Shown here: piece by piece, positions 57,609 through 64,000 of the stretch | Position numbering within the stretch: the first letter of the stretch is position 1 | Layout of the letters: each line of letters starts with the position of its first letter | Virus record (IMG/VR): IMGVR_UViG_3300042482_000679 | DNA length: 64,000 bases | Reading direction: 5' to 3' (one strand) | From: a virus | Position numbers and translations under genes: made by a program | Notes under the pieces: model-generated | The model's input: the letters and a program-made list of their open reading frames with translations, nothing else | Database searches by the model: none | What the model was told of the DNA's origin: nothing

Positions 57609-59138
57609 ATGCAACACTTACAAGAATCAGTAGAAAGAGTTGAAAAACAAATTTTACAAGAACAAAAAAAAGAAGAGGTAAAAGTTTTAATTAACGAAAT
57701 GAAGAAGATAGGTATTGAAGACCTACCTTATGCCTACACAGCCCTGAAAAGATTTATTGACCCCGAAACAATGAATGTTCATTACAACAAACATTACAAG
57801 GGTTATGTAAATAAGTTAAATGACTTACTCTCTAAAAGAAAATCAAAAAACAACGATTTAGAAAAAATCATAAGAAACATTTCAAAGTATCCAAAGGCAG
57901 TTAGAGATAATGCAGGTGGGGCGTTTAACCACGCATTGTTTTGGAATATGTTATCACCAAAACCGATGAAAGTTGGTAATGATATTAAACAAAGAATCAT
58001 AAAAGATTTTGGTAGTTTTGATAGATTCAAAAAAGAATTTGAAAAAATTGCAACAGAAAGATTTGGTTCAGGTTGGGTTTGGTTGATTATTACTAAAAAA
58101 AATACTCTAAAGGTGATGTCCACTCCAAACCAAGACAATCCACTAATGAATGTTATTGAGGATGGGGGATTCCCATTGTTAGGTTTAGACTTATGGGAAC
58201 ACGCTTACTATCTAAAATACAAAAACAAAAGAGACGAATACATTAAAAACTTTTGGACCGCAGTTAATTGGGATTTTGTCGAGGGGTTATACAAGATGAG
58301 GTCTGAGACTCGTTTAACTGAAATAAAAGAAGTTAAAGGTTTAATCTTGGAAGGTAAATCTGAAAGTTGTTCTAAAGAAGAAAAAGATTTTTACCGAGTT
58401 TTATTTAGTGTTAATGAAAATGTTGTTGAGGTTTACAAGAACACAATTAATAAAATAATTAAAAGAAAATTTGCTGACAAGTGGTTCCCTTATTCTAAAG
58501 GTGAATTAGCGGGTGTATACAATTTAGAAAAAGAAGGTCGTTCAGATATAAATTATTTAAACACAAACTACACCGTAATTTGTCCATTAATAAAAGATAT
58601 TAATAAAGTTATTACTCGTTCAGGTCAAGAACCAATATCATTTGCGGTACCACCACAAAATCAAGTTGCAGAAATGAAAAGACTCTGTAACTATATTGAA
58701 AAATATCAGGACAGAATTTTTGACCCAAAAAGTGCAACATTCCAAAATATGATGTCGTTATTACTTCGTACAAATGAACAAGGGTCTAAACGAGAAGAAT
58801 TTGCAAAAAAAGTAATTACCGAAAAAATACCAAATTCAAAAGTTGTTACAACTGCAGGGTCTGGTTCAGTCAAAGATGCCGTCCAAAAAATTGACTTAGA
58901 AGTTTTCATAAATGGTCAAAAAAATACTTGTCAGGTAAAGGGTTTTATGGAATTAAAACCTGCCGATGGTAAAATAGTTATTATTGGTAGTGGTGAAGTA
59001 AGATACTATAATGTTGATTGGATGGTGTTTGTTAACATAAAAATGAGAAGAGTTGTTATCTTCAGAAACACACCAAATATTGTTATGGGAGAGTATGTTT
59101 TTGATGAGTCAGATTTGATTTACAACTTAAACCTTTAA
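57609..59138 (+). CDS. sod: Mn/Fe superoxide dismutase fused to a C-terminal PD-(D/E)xK-like domain
   Basis: LPYAY.AL, HYNKH, GGAFNHALFW, FGSGWVWL, NQDNP, DLWEHAYY. Carries about 280 extra C-terminal residues. Likely ATG 57609. Confidence 0.88.
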   Translation: MQHLQESVERVEKQILQEQKKEEVKVLINEMKKIGIEDLPYAYTALKRFIDPETMNVHYNKHYKGYVNKLNDLLSKRKSKNNDLEKIIRNISKYPKAVRDNAGGAFNHALFWNMLSPKPMKVGNDIKQRIIKDFGSFDRFKKEFEKIATERFGSGWVWLIITKKNTLKVMSTPNQDNPLMNVIEDGGFPLLGLDLWEHAYYLKYKNKRDEYIKNFWTAVNWDFVEGLYKMRSETRLTEIKEVKGLILEGKSESCSKEEKDFYRVLFSVNENVVEVYKNTINKIIKRKFADKWFPYSKGELAGVYNLEKEGRSDINYLNTNYTVICPLIKDINKVITRSGQEPISFAVPPQNQVAEMKRLCNYIEKYQDRIFDPKSATFQNMMSLLLRTNEQGSKREEFAKKVITEKIPNSKVVTTAGSGSVKDAVQKIDLEVFINGQKNTCQVKGFMELKPADGKIVIIGSGEVRYYNVDWMVFVNIKMRRVVIFRNTPNIVMGEYVFDESDLIYNLNL

Positions 59139-59143
59139 TAAAC

Positions 59144-59151
59144 TATTTATA
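59144..59151 (+). promoter_or_regulatory. TATTTATA motif (putative late promoter)
   Basis: 3-4 nt upstream of ATG 59155. Confidence 0.5.
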
Positions 59152-59154
59152 GGT

Positions 59155-60273
59155 ATGGCAGCAATTCCAGAACCAGAAAGAAGTAAAATTTATACGAGAA
59201 TTAAACATCAGTTAGGTGCACCACTTAGAAGTGTTGAACTTGAAGATGAAATGATGGACTCGTTAATGGAACTATCAATCCAAGACTATGAACAATATGT
59301 TTTAGATTGGTTAATAGAATCTCAATGGGTTAACTTGGTTAACCTTAATATGAGTGAAAAATCAGTTGCAAACGCACTAATTACAAGAACATTTAATCTT
59401 GAGGACCAATACACCTATGCATATTCAAAGATTGTTGGTCTACAAACAGTTGGTCCTTGGGTTCTTAAAAAAGATTACTTTATTCTTAGTGCCAACACAC
59501 AAACTTATGAGATACCAGCAGGTCGTGAGGTAAACGAATTACTATGGTTTTCAAACCAACCTTGGCAAAACGTGGCTCTTTGGGGTACCGCTGATTTTGG
59601 TTTTGCAGGCGTAGGTCTTGGTGGTAACCAAGCGGGTTATGCACAATATGGTAACGCAGGTTCGTACTTTATGATGAGTGGTTTTGACTACCTAATTAGA
59701 TATCAAGAAGCAAATATTCTTAACCGAATCTTAGGTGGTTCATTAACCTATAGAATTACAGGATTACCGGACGGTAAAAAAATGGTTCATTTGTATAATA
59801 CACCTGGTGGTAATTTTAACTGGAGTAACTATTCTGAATACGCAGGTAAAGCCGTATGGTATTGGTATTATGATGTTGATGGTGATAGTAGAAAAGATTG
59901 TTTAAGAGACAATCCTGACGTTATCAAATTACCTTCAGACGTTCCAATCGAAGACTTAAGTTGGGAAGATTTAAATGCTCCCGCACAACAATGGGTTAGA
60001 AGATGGTTTACCGCTTACTGTAAAGAAACTTTAGCGAGAGTTAGAGGAAAATACTCAGGTAATTTAAAAACCCCTGATAGTGAACTTGTAATGGATTATC
60101 AGTCACTTTTAACTGAAGCTAAAGACGAAAAGACTAAATTAGACGAAGAATTAAAAGCAAGACTTGAAAGATTACGTCCTGAAAAACAAATGGAAAAAGA
60201 AGCTCTAACGGCAGAAAACCTGAATAAACAAATGAAATTTAGGGCAATGCCTCGTCAAATTTATGTTATCTAA
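59155..60273 (+). CDS. Neck / head-tail adaptor protein (T4 gp13-like)
   Basis: IKHQLGAPLRSVEL and WVRRWFTAYCKETLARVRGKY...L..EA..EK..L motifs. Confidence 0.8.
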   Translation: MAAIPEPERSKIYTRIKHQLGAPLRSVELEDEMMDSLMELSIQDYEQYVLDWLIESQWVNLVNLNMSEKSVANALITRTFNLEDQYTYAYSKIVGLQTVGPWVLKKDYFILSANTQTYEIPAGREVNELLWFSNQPWQNVALWGTADFGFAGVGLGGNQAGYAQYGNAGSYFMMSGFDYLIRYQEANILNRILGGSLTYRITGLPDGKKMVHLYNTPGGNFNWSNYSEYAGKAVWYWYYDVDGDSRKDCLRDNPDVIKLPSDVPIEDLSWEDLNAPAQQWVRRWFTAYCKETLARVRGKYSGNLKTPDSELVMDYQSLLTEAKDEKTKLDEELKARLERLRPEKQMEKEALTAENLNKQMKFRAMPRQIYVI

Positions 60274-60275
60274 TT

Positions 60276-60611
60276 ATGGCGGTTATTAAAAGTATTCCAT
60301 CCCAAAGAATTATTAACGGACAAGTTCAAGAAACTTCCGAAATATCAATCGTATCTGAAGCTTACTATGACACTGCAGGAGAATCTTGTGTTGTTGTAAA
60401 AAGTGTGGATAATTCTAAATTAAGATTAAATAGTACAACTACTGACCACGTAGTCGTTAAAGCATTAACTAAAGTTTTAGTTATACCTGATATTGGTAGA
60501 GTTGATGAAGCTTATGATGAGATTATGTTAGATTGGGGCGCTTGTGTTGAGTTTAGATTCTGTGCAGGTAATTGGTATATCTTATCATCAGATGGATTAA
60601 AACAATCTTAA
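60276..60611 (+). CDS. Hypothetical beta-rich protein
   Basis: 111-aa ORF starting 2 nt after the neck gene. Confidence 0.7.
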   Translation: MAVIKSIPSQRIINGQVQETSEISIVSEAYYDTAGESCVVVKSVDNSKLRLNSTTTDHVVVKALTKVLVIPDIGRVDEAYDEIMLDWGACVEFRFCAGNWYILSSDGLKQS

Positions 60612-60647
60612 TATTCAATTTTTTTAGATTAATCATATTTTTTTTCT

Positions 60648-61325
60648 ATGAGAATAGAAAATATTAATGAAGTCCCAATTTTAATCCATACAATGGATGC
60701 CTACTCTACATATTGGGACACTTGGTACCATTTATTTAAAAAATACACTACAAATCACGGACCAATTTACTTCTTAACTGAAGAAAAAGAACCTTCATTT
60801 GTTAATGAAGTTAACCACATTAAATCAGGTAAAGGTGAGTGGGGATATAGACTCAAAAAAGGTTTTGAACAAGTTCCTTCTGATATTCTATTTTATATGC
60901 AAGAAGACAATTGGGCGTATGCACCATTTGAATTTAAACAAGAATATTTGGACAAGTTTTATGAACTTGATATACACTCATTGAGATTTCATAAATGTGC
61001 TTGGGGTGAAATCAATTATGTTTCAGTTGAAGATAATCTATTTAGGTATACTCAAAATTCACGGTATTTAATGGGACATCAAATGGGTCTTTGGGATAAA
61101 AATTTCTTTAAATCAAACGTGTTAGATACTGACAATCCTTGGAGTAGTGAGTTGGAAGGAACACCAAGATGGTATGATACTGACCATAGAATTTATCAAT
61201 ACGACATCGCTTGGTATTGGTCTACTTGTAGAAGAGGTGAATTACAGAATATTGGTAGAGAGATATTAAGTAATAATGGTATCACAGAATTTGATGATAC
61301 CCCCATTCCACGTCAATCAAACTAA
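60648..61325 (+). CDS. Putative GT-A fold glycosyltransferase
   Basis: ILIHT.DAY...W, IYFLTE, W..RL...., ILFYMQED (DxD-like), HQ.GLW, PW..E pattern. Confidence 0.6.
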   Translation: MRIENINEVPILIHTMDAYSTYWDTWYHLFKKYTTNHGPIYFLTEEKEPSFVNEVNHIKSGKGEWGYRLKKGFEQVPSDILFYMQEDNWAYAPFEFKQEYLDKFYELDIHSLRFHKCAWGEINYVSVEDNLFRYTQNSRYLMGHQMGLWDKNFFKSNVLDTDNPWSSELEGTPRWYDTDHRIYQYDIAWYWSTCRRGELQNIGREILSNNGITEFDDTPIPRQSN

Positions 61326-61603
61326 TTTATAGAAATATTACCTAAATCACTAATCGTAATATTTTTTAATCTAGTTGTACCGTGAGATAACGACGCAATC
61401 TTACCTTGACTTACAAGGTATTGAAATACGTAGTAAAGATAATCAGGTATAACCAAATCAGGACGAGTTACCGTAACTCCAATATGTTCAGGAGAAAACT
61501 CACGAGTAGGTGTTCCAACAGTTGTTTCATCTCCTTTACGAATTAACCAAAAATCGGCTTCGGGATTGTTAACACTAAAGTCAACGATGTGTTTCAGTTT
61601 CAT
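61322..61603 (-). CDS. Small protein resembling a type I R-M specificity (HsdS) TRD fragment
   Basis: MKLKHIV... and PDYLYYVFQYL...SHGTT.LKNITISDLGNISI resemble the HsdS TRD core. Confidence 0.6.
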   Translation of the reverse strand: MKLKHIVDFSVNNPEADFWLIRKGDETTVGTPTREFSPEHIGVTVTRPDLVIPDYLYYVFQYLVSQGKIASLSHGTTRLKNITISDLGNISIN

Positions 61604-61607
61604 AATA

Positions 61608-64000
61608 TTAAATATGTTGTTCCCAACCTTCTTCGGCTAATTCATACATATAATCAGGTTCAAGACCTCGTTTCTTCCAATAAGAAACTTCACCGTCAGA
61701 CATTGTCATAACTTCTTCAAGTTCATCTTGGTCTCCATTACCCAAAGGTAAACCATTGATAAGTTCACATTGAGCTGTGGTAAATAAACCTCTTTTTGAT
61801 GGGTCAGCAACAATTAGACTCTTTCTTACTTCTTCTTTGAATACAACCATAAGCGGTTCAATACGTTTGTTGAACGTTGTAATTGCTCTCGCAACATTGT
61901 ATTCGCCAGTCATCTCAGGGTTGTTCTCAAGGTCTTCAGGGTTCAACATATAACAATTTAACGTCACAGTATCACCTTTCTTAACAACATCTCCGTGAGA
62001 AGCTCTTTGTCCGTTATTAACATACATAATCATATCCCCCAAGTTAACATTCAATCCGTGATGAATTGCAAGTTCCATATGTGCTTGTCTTGACATCAGA
62101 GACCCCGCTTTTGTCTTCTGTGTGCAACGAAACTTGTAGTCCTGTAGTGTTTGTTTAACTTTAGCTTTTTGAGCGATTTTGGCCAAAGGAATTTGTTGGT
62201 CCCAAATCTTTTGTAGATACTCGTAATAATACTCCACAAATGATTTACCATCACCCTTTAATAAAAGTTTAATACCCTTATCCAAAAACTCTTCGATGTA
62301 ACCAGGTAGTTTCTTTGATTTGATTGTGTTACCAACCAATTTGATTTTACCTGAATCGGTAAGTAGAGCATAGTTCTTACGAGCAAGGTTTATACACGAT
62401 GGCCAAACACCATCGGTATCCAGTGCCATTTCACCTCTCATAAAAATATCGTTGTATTCTGCAACGTCAGCATCAGGTCCCGTATACTCTTTACCCTCTT
62501 TTACTTTCCAATTTAATCCTCGACCAATGTATCTGTGACTATCAACATCTTCAGGTGACGAGAAGTTCACACCGTCCGTATCCATTACAAGTGGAATGTA
62601 ACCACGAGACATAAAGAATTTAATCATTTGACGAAGATATTGTCTACCCGTACAAGTAATCTGTTCTCCCATATACATATCCCCCCAAGCAAATACCTGT
62701 GGAGCTGAAAGCGCACCGAACATCGAGTTGATGAAGATTTTAATCGGTAACTGTTTGTTGTTGTATGATGCTGATTTTTTGGGGTCAGATTCATAATACT
62801 CCTCAGCAAGTTGTTTGTACAAGATACGAGTATCACGGAAGTATTTTAACATACCTTTCATCGCACCTGTTACGTCACATTGGGGGAACACATCGTGAAC
62901 CAACTGAATTGATGGATAAAGTGACGAGAAGTCGAGCTTTAATACGCTTTTAGAATACCCTACTTTAAGTAGACGAGACAATCCACCTACGAAGTCTGTC
63001 TTGGATTGTTTTGCTGGTATTGCCAAATTATGTTTGTAAGACCACGCTAACATCAACATCTTCCATAGTGTTGCCGTACCCATTGTAGATACTCGCTCAT
63101 ATGTTGTTGGAATCATTGATGCAAGTAGAAACGATGCTTGGTTGAATTCTTTATCAACTTTTAAGGTTTCTTCCAAGTCATCTTGGAGATATCGTTCAAC
63201 CAATTCGGCACCATCAGTTAATAGATAAGTGTCAGGAAACTTTTTATCCAAATCAACATAGTCACCCTTTTTACGATACTCACCATTTTTGATGTTTAAC
63301 CAATACTCTTTCTTTTCCTGATACATCTTACCAATAGAGTCGTGACCAATATAAACTCGGTCTGGTTCTTTTGCGTTTACATATTCTGCAATATACTTCA
63401 AACCCGCAGATTTGATTGATGAGTTAATTGCTTGAGCTCTACGGACCGCGTGAATAATATCAATTACATTGTAACCCCAAATAGAAGTCTGCATAAAATC
63501 CTCAACTTCGTTTGCGAGTTTCAACAAGTTTTTCTTTTGTGATATGGAATGTTCGGGATGTAATGAGTGACATATTTTTTTGATGTCAATTCCCAACGCC
63601 TTACATCTTTCAAAAATCCAATACCAGTCAAAGTTTGCTGAGTTGTAACCACCGATAATACTTGGTTTGAGTTCATTAATTACTTTGAAGAACTCGATAA
63701 TACCGCTCTTCTCTTGTGTCTCATCAATACATTCGATAATTCTATTATAACCTTTGTTTGTTCTAATACCAATCATAAAGATACGACCGTCTCTTGGTTC
63801 GAGTGAGGTCGTCTCTAAGTCGAATACCAATCGAGACACGTCATCATAGTCTTCATACCCCTTAAATAATCGTTTTTGTTTTGAAACGAAATATTGTTCT
63901 ACAGGTGGTAGAATCAAAATCTTATCTTTAAATTTTTCACCCCAAGGGTCTGCTCCACCATCACGGAAGAACTGAATCAAACTTCTATACCCCTTCAAAG
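61608..64000 (-). CDS. Family B DNA polymerase, 5' end outside window
   Basis: ExoI FDLET, ExoII YNSANFD, ExoIII YLQDD, motif A DFSSLYPS, motif B KIFINSMFG, motif C DTDG. Confidence 0.95.
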   Translation of the reverse strand, partial: LKGYRSLIQFFRDGGADPWGEKFKDKILILPPVEQYFVSKQKRLFKGYEDYDDVSRLVFDLETTSLEPRDGRIFMIGIRTNKGYNRIIECIDETQEKSGIIEFFKVINELKPSIIGGYNSANFDWYWIFERCKALGIDIKKICHSLHPEHSISQKKNLLKLANEVEDFMQTSIWGYNVIDIIHAVRRAQAINSSIKSAGLKYIAEYVNAKEPDRVYIGHDSIGKMYQEKKEYWLNIKNGEYRKKGDYVDLDKKFPDTYLLTDGAELVERYLQDDLEETLKVDKEFNQASFLLASMIPTTYERVSTMGTATLWKMLMLAWSYKHNLAIPAKQSKTDFVGGLSRLLKVGYSKSVLKLDFSSLYPSIQLVHDVFPQCDVTGAMKGMLKYFRDTRILYKQLAEEYYESDPKKSASYNNKQLPIKIFINSMFGALSAPQVFAWGDMYMGEQITCTGRQYLRQMIKFFMSRGYIPLVMDTDGVNFSSPEDVDSHRYIGRGLNWKVKEGKEYTGPDADVAEYNDIFMRGEMALDTDGVWPSCINLARKNYALLTDSGKIKLVGNTIKSKKLPGYIEEFLDKGIKLLLKGDGKSFVEYYYEYLQKIWDQQIPLAKIAQKAKVKQTLQDYKFRCTQKTKAGSLMSRQAHMELAIHHGLNVNLGDMIMYVNNGQRASHGDVVKKGDTVTLNCYMLNPEDLENNPEMTGEYNVARAITTFNKRIEPLMVVFKEEVRKSLIVADPSKRGLFTTAQCELINGLPLGNGDQDELEEVMTMSDGEVSYWKKRGLEPDYMYELAEEGWEQHI

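Noticed and set aside
1-64000. Stop-codon reassignment, as in some large Bacteroidota phages
   Set aside because: All core genes are full length under the standard code, and TGA and TAG both appear to terminate genes.
1-64000. tRNA, rRNA or other structured RNA genes
   Set aside because: Intergenic gaps are short (about 125 bp or less) and none shows cloverleaf or T-loop motifs.

Overview
The window is a gene-dense, AT-rich segment of a large T4-like contractile-tailed (myovirus) phage genome. It is mostly on the minus strand and translates with the standard code. It holds: fibre and appendage genes (a proline-free Gly-X-Y protein of more than 1340 aa that the ORF track missed because it runs off the left edge, a Thr-Pro mucin-like protein and a SprB-repeat protein); baseplate genes (gp6/gp7/gp25/gp53/hub-like); a replication block (nrdB-nrdA, DnaB/gp41 helicase, 5'-3' exonuclease, RecA/UvsX, gp32 SSB); the tail core (tape measure, gp26-like chaperone with a candidate +1 frameshift extension, tube, sheath); neck and terminator genes (gp13/14/15-like); an SNF2 helicase; a Mn-SOD fused to a nuclease-like domain; a glycosyltransferase; a mini HsdS-like protein; and a family B DNA polymerase that runs off the right edge. 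A Bacteroidota host is inferred from a TTTG-N20-TAnnTTTG promoter, the lack of Shine-Dalgarno sites and the SprB repeats. The most interesting signals are: the SOD-nuclease fusion with possible head-protease cleavage sites and a shared MKI(I/L)ITE-x-Q leader family; a UUU-CGC +1 frameshift candidate; a strand-specific TATTTAT(A) motif (the reverse complement of the T4 late promoter) before 14 genes; an OmpA-like domain inside a baseplate protein; an unannotated ribbon-helix-helix gene with an 11-bp tandem operator; and apparent avoidance of GATC and CATG. All family calls come from motif recognition by eye; no database search was run.
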